A stretch of DNA of 64,000 nucleotides, taken from assembly GCF_018977255.1 (NCBI RefSeq), contig NW_024704743.1, forward strand, positions 114,950,001-115,014,000, given 5' to 3'. Source of the stretch: Callorhinchus milii (taxonomy: Eukaryota). The notes beneath the pieces are model-generated. The model made no database searches, had not been told where the DNA came from, and saw nothing but the letters and a program-made list of their open reading frames with translations. Shown in pieces: positions 38,251-53,298 of the stretch (the first letter of the stretch is position 1; every line of letters begins with the position of its first letter). The position numbers and the translations under genes are program-made.

Positions 38251-38764
38251 AAAGAGACCCCTCTCTTTCTTCCTCCCATTTTTTTTTAAAAAAAAGAACG
38301 ACAAAACCCTCGACGATTTGTGGATAATTTGTTGAGTTACAGTGACGTTACGTACAAACGACCGACCGAAACGGGGCCTTCCCTTCCTCAGCCCAAACCG
38401 GGCCCTGGCGAGTTTGTCTGGACCTCAGGACAAGAATCCTCATCCTTTATTTTATTTATTTTATTTTACTTTATTTTCGTACGGCGATGCCTGTCCGCAG
38501 GTCCATAGTTGGGAGACGTTTGGCTCTGCAATTCGGTCACCTCTCAGTAAATTGTTCACAGTCTTCAGTTCGGCCAGAACTTTTGCTGAGGGAGTGGGGT
38601 GGGGGGTGTTTTTTTTAAAAAAAGTTTACTGCACTTGTGACTTGTGTTTCATAATGGTGGAAAAAGGTTGGGATCTTAATTTTGTGTCAACGCAGGGGGT
38701 TATTTTAACTGTTTGAAGAATCAATTGCTTTCAGTGGAGTCATTTTTTTTAAAAAAATATATAA

Positions 38765-39025
<261 letters not shown>

Positions 39026-39945
39026 TAGTTTTCTACCTCTTTCGGTCTTATTGTAATGCAGGTTCAAGGTTTTGAACAGTGTGTGTGACTTATGTGTAAA
39101 ACATACAATTAAGAAGAATAGGTAATGTTTTTACGGCAATATTATTTGGGATGATAAAGTCTATTCTTTTATATCATCGTTGTGTTGAATGATTCTTGCG
39201 TAATGTACACTATTTTATATATTATGTATAAATTGTATCTCAGTGCACCCTCTTCTTGTAAATGTAATAATTTGAAGAGCAATTATATGTATTTATGATA
39301 TTAATTCTGTTTGGGAAACAATGTGTCTCTTTGTTTGCGATTCTTGTAGGACCACCACCTTGTTTTGATTTAGAACCAGTTATCCTACGAGTCTGACAGA
39401 AAAGGCAGTCTTCCTGATGAGGCTTAATAGTTGTTCAGCTGCTTGAAAAACCTGGCACTAAATGCAGTATTTCAGAGTACAATTATCCTTTAAGGTTGAG
39501 TGGAGGTTATGGAAATCAATTTGAGGTACAATTGTTTCCTCCGAGAAAGATTACTTAAGTATAAGAACTAAGACCAGGAAGATATAGCATATAGAACAGT
39601 CGAGGCCAATACATTTCATGTAGCCTTCATGTTGTTGGGTTTCATGACTAAGATATTAGTATTATTTGCAGCAAATTAGGATTAATGTGAATCGTTTTTC
39701 ATTTGTCCTTTTTTAATTTTTAAATGCGGTAATATGATTCTTTATTTAGACATTATGGCTTAAAAGAGATAACTAAAATTAATGCTTGTTATATTTCTTT
39801 GTAACCACAATTTAAATTTTCAGAACTAACGTGATTGACAGTAATTTTGACACGAGTTCTCATTTCACCTTTTGTTGTGAGACAAACCTATTTCAACGGT
39901 GATTTTTGTTTTAATCTTCACGTTTATTCATTTCTGATTACTTAG

Positions 39946-40155
<210 letters not shown>

Positions 40156-40179
40156 TAGCTTTAATAGAATCATGTTCAT

Positions 40180-40540
40180 TGTTCATGCATTCGTCACATC
40201 TAGACTTGAGTATGTATACTCCCTGCTTTTTCGGCCTTCCCACCTCTTCCCTCCACAAGCTGCAAGTCACCTAGAACTCTGCAGCTTGTGTCCTCTCCCA
40301 CACCAGGCTCCATGACCCTATCACCCTCGCTTCCAACCCACATTTCCTTCACTTCGTTCCCTCCCTTGCCTCCTTCAGGTCACGTCTCAAGACCCTCCTC
40401 TTCGACCATGCCTTTGGCCACCCTCCTACCCTACACCCTCCCCGATCCCAACCCCCAGCTCAAGTCCAAATCTCTGACTGTTCAGCGCCTTGGGAAGTCG
40501 TCCCAACATGAAAATCACTATACACATGTAATTTTGTATT
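40180..40540 (+). mobile_element. Internally deleted L2 3' fragment
   Basis: gttcatgcattcgtcacatctagacttgag...cagcgccttgggaagtcgtccc tail. Confidence 0.75.
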
Positions 40541-40728
40541 GTATGTTCCCCAAAGTTATGCGTTCATCACTTATTACAAAACGATACTAGATTTTTGAGC
40601 GTTAGACTCCTTTACTGTTTATTATAGCTTCATTAGAAATGTTGATTTGACCTGTTTAATAATTACAATGGCTGCAGATGAAGCCATTTTAATGTGAAAC
40701 TGTCCCACAAAGTCCTAGCTTTATAGAT

Positions 40729-40883
40729 AGATAGATTTCTTATTGCAAAGGGGATTAAGGGATATGGGGATAAGGTAGGTTCAGGTTATTAGCCGGAGTT
40801 AGATTAGAAGATCTGCCATGATTGAATGGCGGGGCAGGCTCGAAGGGCCGAATGGCCTACTCCTGCTCCTACGTGTTATGTTA
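40729..40883 (+). mobile_element. CR1-type LINE 3' end
   Basis: aaggggattaagggatatgggg...gaatggcggggcaggctcgaagggccgaatggcctactcctgctcct. Confidence 0.8.
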
Positions 40884-41638
40884 GATTTGAACAGTGTTAT
40901 AATTAACCAATGAACTGGGTTCTGGAGACAAAAAGCAGCTGTTTCTATTTCTGGTCTCGATCTAGTAATTCTGATAGAAAGTGCATGTGTAATGATGTCA
41001 GGTGAGAATGCATTTGTTCAAATAGAGCAATGATGCTCCCTGTCTAGGCTCAGAAATGAAGAATAAGCAGCCACGTAAGGGACGTACCTGTAAGTGCCCA
41101 CTACTTAAGGAAATGTGTCCAAGAATTAACATTCCTCTTCAGGAGATAACTGGAAAATGTGTACAATTTAAATTGAAAGTATAAGTATTGAATGCATTTA
41201 AACTCAACTGTGTTCTCATTTTTATGAGAAATTTCACAAATTTGTACCAATAGTATTTGACTTTTCAGATAACGGATTAAAAATTATATATAGCCTGTCA
41301 CAACGTCTTCAAAGGAAGTTGGCTTATCATGTACCACAATTTGTCATGTGATTAAAATATATGTAAATAATATTCGCTAAATGGCTTGTGGGGAGAGTTT
41401 GACATGAATTCTAACATTTTAATAGTGATATAATTGCGTAGAAATTTCTTCCTTCGGTTGTTAAAGTAAACACATTGGAGTATTGTGGAAAAATAGTTTG
41501 AAGTTATACGTTCCAGTGGTATGAAGTGTAAATAACCTGGTTAAGCGCTCTGAGACGCCCCCCAGCGTGGAGGCCGCTATATAAGTGCAAGTTGTTATTT
41601 TTAAAAGTAAAGCTTAGATCTGTATGCGCACTATATAA

Positions 41639-43110
<1,472 letters not shown>

Positions 43111-43542
43111 ACAATCGGTGTTGGAGAGAATGGGAGGCTGGACGTAGGAGTTTGTTGATAACCCCAGACTCTTTTTTAAAAACCACAAACAAACTCTTGT
43201 CAATAAACCCAAACAAACTACAACAACAATTTGCATTTATATAGTGCTCTTTGTGTAAGATAACATCTTGGAGTACTTCAACAATCTGCTTGTGTCAGAT
43301 TTTTAAAAACAATAATTCTATGTGTAATCTTTTATCAATTTATAATTTTTATGTTTATTTACAGCGCCTTGGGACGTCCTCCCGATGGAAAGGCGCTCTA
43401 TAAATGGAATCTTGTTGTTGTTGTTACTTAAAAAACTTTTTTAAAAGAATATCAGAATATAGATTAAATTAGAACTGTGACAAAGTGTTAATTTCTATTT
43501 TAGAAATGTTCAAAGTATTCTGTAGCACGCTTTATTTTCTAG

Positions 43543-43628
43543 GGTTATAAACCACCCGATGAAGGTCCTTCAGAATACCAGACTATTCCACTCAATAAAA
43601 TAGAGGATTTTGGTGTACACTGCAAACA
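43543..43628 (+). CDS. COPS5: COPS5 exon 5
   Basis: 86 nt, GYKPPDEGPSEYQTIPLNKIEDFGVHCK. Confidence 0.99.
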
Positions 43629-44343
43629 GTAAGTAACTACCTCTTTTTTTATTTCAGTTTTCATGTGTTTATGTAGGGTATGTTACATATCCTCATTTGT
43701 TATACAGCGCAAGATTCCCTGCAGATCTCTCACACAACTACAAGAGCATGTAATAAGTAGCTTGTGTTATTTGTTTGTGTTCACTCCATTCAGTGTCGCC
43801 TTGATGTGAATCCTAAATCAGAAGTTTGTAATGTGAAGAAATGTAGGCCAAACCTGAGTCCCTCAGTGGGAGTAAATACAGAACAGGCACTCAACTGGTT
43901 TGCTATCCAACTAGATATAGATTCAGTATTGGCTGATTTCCTTGATCACCTGAGATGATTCAAAGTACCAATTTGCCCTTTCTGCCTAGAATTTGGTCTG
44001 CATCCAAGAACGCTTTCATTAGAATCTTGAAAGGATTGTGCTTTATAACCCAGGTAATTGGAATAGCCTTGAATACACAGTTAGCAGATAATATCTAATG
44101 TGGCTGAATACCACTTCTTATTCCCCATTGTTTCATTGTCCCAGTTTAATGAAAGTTATGCAACACCATTAACAAAAAAACAGACATCGATTGGGTGGGG
44201 AAGTATATATAAGGATCTTCCGTCAGTTTTTACCAAATTTCTCCCTGGCCCAAACCAAAAATGCTGTACCTGGATTTTTTTTCGGTGACAGTTGGTTGCT
44301 GAAAACTGTTTATCTGAAAAAAATCTGAATCCTTCATATTTTG

Positions 44344-44848
44344 TGCCAATGCCCTGCTTATTGGCCTCCCCAACTCCTCCCTCCATAGGCTGCAGATCAT
44401 CCAGAACTCCGCAGCCTGTGTCCTCTCCTGCAACAGGCTCCGCGACCCTATAACTCTGATCCTCATTCAACTCCACTGGCTTCCCATCACATGGAGGATA
44501 TAGTTCAAGATCCTGGTCCTCACTTTCAAAGCCCTCCATGGCCTTGCTCTCCTCTATCCTAACCCCCTATCAGCCTACCTGCTTCCTCCACTCAGCGGGC
44601 TCTGGTCTACTCCACGTGCCCTGCCTGGCCCGCCTCTTCAACCTCTCTGCCCCCACCCTCTGGAACTCCATCCTTCAGTCCCTCCACCTTCTTCGAGACC
44701 CGTCTCAAGACGCTCCTCTTCGACCGTGCAATCAGCCACCCTCCCCAATCCCGACCTCCAGCTCAGGTCCAAAACACTGATTGTCCAGCGCATTCAGACG
44801 TCCTCCTGACACAAAGGCTCTTTGCAAATGTAATTTTATTTGTCGTAG
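44344..44848 (+). mobile_element. L2 LINE 3' fragment
   Basis: Similar to the copies at 8120-8668 and 32760-33218. Confidence 0.85.
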
Positions 44849-45059
44849 TTTTGCCTTCTGGGACACTTGTGCGTTTCAGTCCAGCTGACTGACTCTGAAT
44901 TTGGGGAATTACAGTTGACCTATGAACCCTACAGTAGTGTACAGATGTCTTTATGGGATACTGTTTGTAAGTAACATGCTTTCCTGGTTCCTAAGCATAT
45001 TACTTGGTACAGGAATCACTCACATTGGTAAGGAATTGTGTGAAAGAAACACTGTAGAA

Positions 45060-45447
45060 TCATAATAAATAAACCTTCAAATTTCACAGCATTTACTGTA
45101 AAGTGTAGTGACTGTATTTTGCAGATGAACGGGGCAGTTAATTTATGCACAGCAATGTTCCACAACAGCTATGATGTGAATGACCAATTTTATCTAGGGG
45201 ATTGATGCTAGAACACTAGGACACCTTTCTCTCTTTGAATAGTGGCCACAGGATATTTAATGTCCACCTTAACAGATAAACAGGAACTTGGTTTAATGTC
45301 TCATCCAAAGGATGGCACCTCCGACAATGCAGAGCATCTCCAGCCCTGCAATAAAGTGCCACCCAAGACTCTGAGCTCAAAGTCCTGATGTGGACCATGA
45401 ACCCACAACTTTCTAACTCGGGAAGCGTGTATGCTACCAACTGAGGC
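45060..45447 (-). mobile_element. Old Deu-domain type SINE (SacSINE1-like)
   Basis: Reverse complement: tcagttggtagca...gtgggttca head; ctgcattgtcggaggtgccatcctttggatgagacattaaacc...ggtggacattaaatatcctgtggccactattcaaagag. Confidence 0.75.
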
Positions 45448-46370
45448 ACTTATTCACTTTTTAATCAGTATACTTATCAGCATTGTGGTGTGTTCTCTGC
45501 CTACCATTAAGATGGGAAGAAAATGTAAAGCTGAAGCAGATTTTTACTTATTTTCACAAAATATACCTTTATTTCCTTTCTTTGCATTCTTCCTCTTGAT
45601 TTTGTCTCATTTTTAATCCAAAAAATAGATCTAAAAAATACTCAAATGTTTGTTTTTCATGCAAAACCTGTGATTAAATTTCTGTCGATAATGTTCTTTT
45701 CATATTCATGGGTGTTATTAAACGTACGCTGCACAGCTTGCTTATTGCCAGGAGGGCAGGACATCACAGAAATGTGGATAGTTGCTAAAGTTAGGAGAAT
45801 GAGAGGTTTTCATTGTTTTGTACTTCGCTCCCCTCTGGACCTGTTTCTGGCAGTCCAAAATCATAGAAATGTTTTACTTCGTTGCCAGAGGTCATACTCA
45901 CAATAGTATCTCCACTAGATTGTAACTTGCTGCCTATTGAACCCTTTCCCAAATAATGTCCGGCTTCTTCTTGAATTCACTAGTTTTAATGAAGCGTTAA
46001 ACATCATTTGCAGAGTTAGGATTTTGGAACTTGTATTAGTTTGCCAATTGTCTAAAAAGCATTTAGTTGTGTAGGATGTTTTCTTTTTAAAAATTATCAA
46101 ACAACTTGCATTTTTACATATTTTATGTGTGTATACATACACATAGGGTGATCTAAAAGTTGTTATAACTAACTGATTATCTAAAAAAATCATAATTTCT
46201 TTAAGGCTTATTAAACATTATAATGGTATCACGACTTGGTCACCCTGTATCATCATCATACAGTAAATGCTGCAGATATCTCGAATGTAGATATAATTTG
46301 CCTATCACCATAGTTGATGATAATCCAGATGACAAGAAAATGTATTATTTGATATTGCTGTGCTCTGTAA

Positions 46371-46544
<174 letters not shown>

Positions 46545-46659
46545 TAGCGATGAAATATTTATGATTTCTGAAAATTGTTTTTCTAAAAAAATTAGAAAAA
46601 CAAAAATCCTTTTTTGACTATTACTCCAGCAGCCCCCATTACCTTGTCCAACAGGCCAT

Positions 46660-47281
46660 CCTTCATTCTTCTTGCTTATGGGATGTCAGATACTCCGGTG
46701 ACTATCCTTTTCCGGGGAGTGGGGTGGTAAGTGGGGTTTCCTTGAAGGTGAACTCACTCCAAGGTAGCATGCTTAGCAACGGAATATCAGAATCGAGTCA
46801 ACCCTCTGTGGCAGTCTCTGTAGTCCAATTCCTTAGCCAGGTAGGTCCACAATACTCCAAGGCATTGATGATGATGGCCCAGCCAGCCTGTGTTATTGGT
46901 AAACTTGGCATGGGCAGACTAGTCGTCAAAGGAAGGGATTCTTCACACTCAGCTCCTGGTAATCTAATCCCGTAAGCCAAAACCCTAACAGAGTGGTCCT
47001 AGCTGAACAAGCAGCAGAAAAGCTTACCAAATTGTGCTTACAATAGCAGCTGTGAAGCTGTGTAGTCTCCAGTAGTACCCCAATATACACTCTGGGCTCC
47101 CCAACCCATGGCACTTGCCAACCTGCACCTAATACTCTGGAATTAAATAAGCAGGATGCATCCCTTCAAGGAGAGAGTGCACATTCCATTCCACACGGGA
47201 ATTTCCACCTGTAGATGGTACGCATGGAACTCTACTGGTTTGGATGTTCTGGTGATGGCTTTCCGTATGTGTCAGACACCT
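46660..47281 (-). repeat. Ancient unclassified interspersed repeat, copy 4 (longest)
   Basis: Reverse complement begins ggtgtctgacacatacggaaagccatcacc...ggttggcaagtgccatgggttggggagccc; left boundary uncertain. Confidence 0.65.
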
Positions 47282-49009
47282 GGTTTACCAAAAAAAAAGC
47301 CTAGATTGTGTATCAGCTGGATGTTCAGCCATAAAGGGCATCACAGTCAAAGCTAACCTTGTCCTTGCTTGGCATTCATACAAATTGTTTTTCAAGTTAC
47401 TGAATGGCGATCAGGAGCAAGAATATTCCCTTCCCAGTACAAGGATTCTGAAGCCATCATCTTTCATTTATAGTGCATGTGTTCTGACAGAAAAAGTGAC
47501 ACAATTTAACATTATCAGGAAAAAAAAGAGCATCTTGCCTTAACAAATTGTTCAAGTTTCAATCTTGGCTTGTCATGGATCAATGACATTGTAGCTCACC
47601 TATAGAAAGACTTGAAAGCTTAAGTAAACTTCTATTGTTTGAATGCGCCTGGCAGTCTCCACTTTTGCAGAGGCTTATTTAATACCTAAAGGCAAGCCAA
47701 ATAATGTCACTGCTCATTTAATGAAGACAAATTGTCTGTCACTATTGTCTTGAGCGGGTAATGGTATTTAACTGTGGCCATTATTAGTAGATGTGGTGAT
47801 GACTATGCCAGTCTAAGTGTAGAACAATACTTTGTAGGATAATTGTATTTAATTCATGTTGTGGTTCTTTTCTGAAATTGGACTGATTATCTACCTGACA
47901 GTTTGCTAAATAGCAATAATTTACTTTAATGTAGTAACAGAATTTAAGGTATTTCAACTACTGTACTTTATCTTCAACCTGCTGTCATAAGGGCTGCAAC
48001 TGTTGATATGAATAGAATCATAGAGATGTGAGCAAGCTCCACATGAATGATCTTCTATTTTGCTTTTCCTCCATATCCTTTTACATTTTGTTCTTTGCAT
48101 TTAATCAACTCTTTTAATGATCTAAGTAACTTGGCTTCAATAGCCACCTTTTAACAATTCATATCCAATGTACAGAAACATTGTGAATACTGTGACTATG
48201 GCTCTAGTTTATGCCTTCCATCATAATTTTGTCCTCCCATTCTTGGTAATCTTGTGAAGCTATTCTACACTCTGTTCAACAATGAAAATTGCAAACACAA
48301 TTCCAGGTGCAGTCTAACTGATAGCTCTGTATATGTTTGTCATATTTTTCTATTTGATGCCACAGTATATAAAACTCAGTATTTCATTTGCCCCTTCTTA
48401 TTTGTTCTGAGCTCAGTATTTTCCTTAAATAGGCTCAAATTCCCGAGGAATAATAATATATGTTCTGAGCTATACAGATATATAGGTTTGATCCCTGATA
48501 TGTGCTGAAATAGATAATTGACCTTAAACTGTGACCCTGGTGATTTTGGGGGGAGTATGGTCTCAAATTGGTAGGTTTTGTAAAGTGAGGTGAAAAAATC
48601 TGTTGTGTGTTCAAACTGTTCATAACTTATCAGCAATTTCCATAATTCAAGAATTTTCTTGACTTCTGGAAGACCATTAGTTCTGAAATTCCACAAAATT
48701 TTAGATATGATTTTATCTTAAACTCTAATTGAGCCCAGTCCAGGAATCAAACCTATGCACTGCCTTATGCTTTGGTTCTCCACCAGATGGTGCTTTTTCC
48801 CACTAAGACTATTAAGGGTCTGAAATTCCACCATGTCTTAAACGCAATTTTATCTTAATTTCAGATCGCACAAATTTATGGAACATTCTTAAATTCCTTA
48901 ATTTGGAAGTCAGTTTTTCAAATTTCTTAATAGTCTTTCAAATTAAGAATGAATTTAAGAATTATAGATAAATCATACTAATATATAATAATATAAATAA
49001 TATTTATAA

Positions 49010-49417
49010 GAACTACAGCCCCAGCTCGTGTCTGAAATGCTGTACTCTGTCCAGCGCCTTGGGACGTCCTCCCGACGTGAAAGGCGCTATACAAATGTAA
49101 TCTTGTTGCAGTGCCTTTATCGCGTCTTCAAGACGTCTCAAAACACTTCACAGAATATACTGTAAGTGAAAGTGAGGTGTGATCTGATGGCGGATCTCTT
49201 TTCTGGGGCTAATAATCCCTTCCAATTTTTTTTAAAGTAATAGTAATTTGGTCACTCAATTCACTACTGTTTGTGGGACACTGCTGTTCACAATTGGCTG
49301 CCTCGTTTTGCCCACAAAATATACAGTCAGTTCACTTTACAGTATATTCTGTGAAGTAGTTTGAGACATCTTGAAGACATGATAAGGCACTATATCAAAT
49401 GCAAGGATTATTATTAA
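49010..49417. mobile_element. L2 tail plus inverted SINE fragments
   Basis: L2 tail 49015-49110 (+), SINE tail (-) ~49110-49170, SINE 3' part (+) ~49185-49417. Confidence 0.75.
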
Positions 49418-49971
49418 ATTGTAAGATAAACATCAACTAAGACTAGGTTACATTTGGGCCTTAGGGGAGCTAATGCATTTTAATTGAAAATACTCTCAAG
49501 TTCAACATTTAAACAATGTGTCAAGTTGATAAATTATACAGTGATTGGGACTAAATCCGCTCATATTTTTGAACTTTTTAACTTTAAACCTTACTCTAAG
49601 GGGTTTTCAAGAAGGCAAAGTCTTCTGAAGAAGTTAAAAGGCCTTCCATGTTTATAGTAATGAAGACTAAAATATAATCAATTGTTGTACTTTTATGTTG
49701 CACTGATATTTTATTGCCCATAAAATTTATACCAAAAGAACTAACTGGCCATGTGCTTGACAGATAGTGAGTCTTCCTGGCTTGTAACAAATTCTATATC
49801 CAGTAACCAATTCAAATGACCTCTGTTATTTCTACCCTTTCCTTCTCAACAACAAAATTGTAATGTACTATGAGATTAACTTATCTATATGTAAAGCAAT
49901 TCTTGCACAGAATAGTTAAGTTTAGAATATTTTATATATTAAATACAGCTATACATTATAGACACATTTAA

Positions 49972-50139
<168 letters not shown>

Positions 50140-50820
50140 TGAGGGTATCTTGAAATCTCACATTTAAACAGAACTTTAAAACATAATAATCTAGTCACTC
50201 AATCCACGACTATCTATGGGACATTACTGTGCACAATTAGCTGCTGCAATTTGCCCACAAAAAAAATACAATAAATTCACTTCACATTATATTCTGTGAA
50301 GTTCTTTGAGACGTCTTGAAGACATGATAAGGCGCTATATAAAATGCACGGATTGTCTATTATAACATTTTTAAATTATAGATTAATGAGAATAACTACT
50401 TATAATAGTTACTGTGCTTTAAAATTTTAAGTCTGCATTATCATGCAGCTCAGATTTTTATCTGTTTAAAAATATTTCCCATTGGTTATTGTGCTGCAAA
50501 TTATGTTATATTGAGACTCCTGTGTCACAAAGCAGAACGAAGGATGCATGTAATTTTCAGAAATTGATTTCCTGATTTGGTAGGAGAGTTGTTTAGGCAC
50601 TAGTGGAGGACAGATACAAGGTCCAGAGGGAGGGAAAATTTGGAGGTGAATTGTCTAAATCAAACAGGAATGTAAATGTGACGCCTTGGGATGTCCTCCC
50701 GGCGTAAAAGGCACTTTAGCAATGTAATTTGTTGTTCTAGTTATTTTCTTCTCCTCTAGTTCCCGCCCCAAAATGTGCCTGGTTCCAATCAGTACCTCCC
50801 AAATTAGAAATCAAGATTGA

Positions 50821-51001
<181 letters not shown>

Positions 51002-53159
51002 TGTATTAGTCTTCCAAAAAGAATCTTGGATTGTGCCTGCAACATGTGAAGAGATTCATTTCCAGTTCAACTTCTTTGAATGGACTGCAGTTGTAGTTAT
51101 TTATCCAGAATGCTGGTGATCCTGTAATGCACAATTATTTGACAAACCTATTGGCTGTTTTCTTAGTTTAATTTGATGACTAACAGAAATCCTTGTTGTC
51201 TGTAAGTATTGCCATATGTCATAAAATAGCACTTGTCAAAATTTAGTTTAGACTACTTAGCTTCAGGATGGTAAATCTATTTCTTAGGATATCAGGAATC
51301 CAGAAGCAGTACAGTTCTACCTTTGAGCTTTTTAGAATGGACAAGCATAACCAGTGTAAGCTTCAGTGTGCTATTAAAAATAAGTTAAGATATGATAAGT
51401 TGTATTTTCATTACTTCCTCGGTATAAATGTTGAACTGCACCAAAGATTACATCTTCCAAACATAGTTGTAAGGTATCTTAAAAATGACTGTTTTCCAGT
51501 TAATACAGTGAGACATTCACATTTATTCTAAACCAAGAAGGGCATTAGTATTAAATGTATTTTCCTTTTCACTGTTTTTATGTCTGTGTTCTGTTATCAG
51601 TCACTTGTCCACCTGCCCTGTGTGGTTCTGTCATGCACAATAGATAACACAAGTATCAAAGGTGTGTTTTTGATAATTGTTCTAAATAATTGACTTATTT
51701 CTCTATATTAAATTCTAGATATAGTCACCACTATGCAACTGTGTCATACAGAATGCTCAGCATTCAGCCTTTCTTGTGTATTTTTATCAAGAATATTAGA
51801 AATTTAAAAACGAGAGAGAGAGAGAGAGAGAATTAATGAATTGTTATAAATTTGCAGTTACGAAAGAGGCTTTGGTTTCTGATTAGTTCAGGAGATTTTA
51901 GTGTGACTTTGTTGATGCTATGCTAGAATGAATGAACCGTCGGACCAAAATTATACCACGGCTGAGACAAATCAAATCAATGAGAAGATATGTCCCTGAG
52001 GTGGTCTTACACAACTCTTAATTATCATGTTATACTAGTTATAAATTAAAATTGGTAAATTAGAATTATGATTATCGTTGCTAATATTTACAAATTATTC
52101 ACTTCTGAATCTGGACAGTGGGTATCTAAGTGGAAGGAAAAAGTCGTCAAATGGCTTTATATGATGTATAGGGAGAAAGCTGGAGGGAAAAAATCAGATT
52201 AAAAGTAACCATCAGCATCTTTCTATTAGGTTTAAGAACTCCTAGTTTGTACAATAATACCTACCAATCTCACAATGTGGGAACCACAACGGCTTTCCAT
52301 GAAGGATACGAGTGTGGATCCAGGACGAAGATAACTTTATCCTGGAAAATGCGGAATATGTTCAACCGTAATGGAGTAACGTAGATAGTTGCTGAAAGTT
52401 TTTTAAGCAGTAATTTCTATAATTTGATGATTTTACAGTAAAGTTGTTCTATTCCTAACGAGCCCCCTTTTGAGGACCTCCTGAATATAACTGCAAAAAT
52501 ATTCTGTTTCAGTTTTCCGTTGTGTCTGGAATCTCATTTGCTTCCAACTGTCATCCTGTTGATACAATTAGCCAAGATCTGTCTCCCAGGTTATCTTTAG
52601 GGAACCAGTGTTGATTTTTTTCCAGATCTTGAAATAAAGAACATGCTGCTGACTTGTCTTGAGATTTAATGTTTAAGCATGAATTAGTGCAAGACCACCA
52701 CTAGTTAAGTGAGATTTTTGAATAGTTGACAGGGAACTTGAAAACAAAGTGGCTTGGGCACTCTTGGGGAAAAATTGAGAGAGTGGAGGTTCCTGGAAAT
52801 TAAAAAGTATTTTAACTCTATTTCTCCATATTTAGGAATTTTTTAAAAAAAGTATTCAGGAACTTAATGTTTTAAGGGTATTAAGTGTTTTGAAATCCGG
52901 TAATTGCTCTTCAATTTGGTTGTCGTTTAAAATCTGGAAGTGTTTTTTTAAAAAGTTAGATTTACATCTTATGCTAATCCAATGCTTAACTTAAACTATG
53001 ATTGTAGAAGTGTTTTCTAAGTTTTTTATACATAAAAAACAACAAAGAAATGAGAATAAATTAAAATCCTGAACTTCAAGAAAGGTAGTTTTTGCAACTT
53101 GAAAACAAAATGGAAACCACAATTGCAATGTGTGATTTGATGCATTTTCAACCCAATTA

Positions 53160-53298
53160 AGGAATCAGTCGGGTGAGCAGCTGTGAATAAGTTTGCAGGG
53201 CTATGGGGAGAGCGGGGGAATGGGATTCAAAGATCCAGCACAGATACGATGGGCCAGATCGCCTCCTTCTGAGCTGTACAATTCTATGATTCTATGTT
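53160..53298 (+). mobile_element. CR1-type LINE 3' end
   Basis: ttgcagggctatggggagagcgggggaatggga...cagatacgatgggcc...gcctccttctgagctgtacaattctatgattctatg. Confidence 0.75.

Noticed and set aside
51002..52640. COPS5 polyadenylation site
   Set aside because: Only ATTAAA variants nearby (e.g. ~51373) and a distant AATAAA (~52633); it cannot be assigned from sequence alone.
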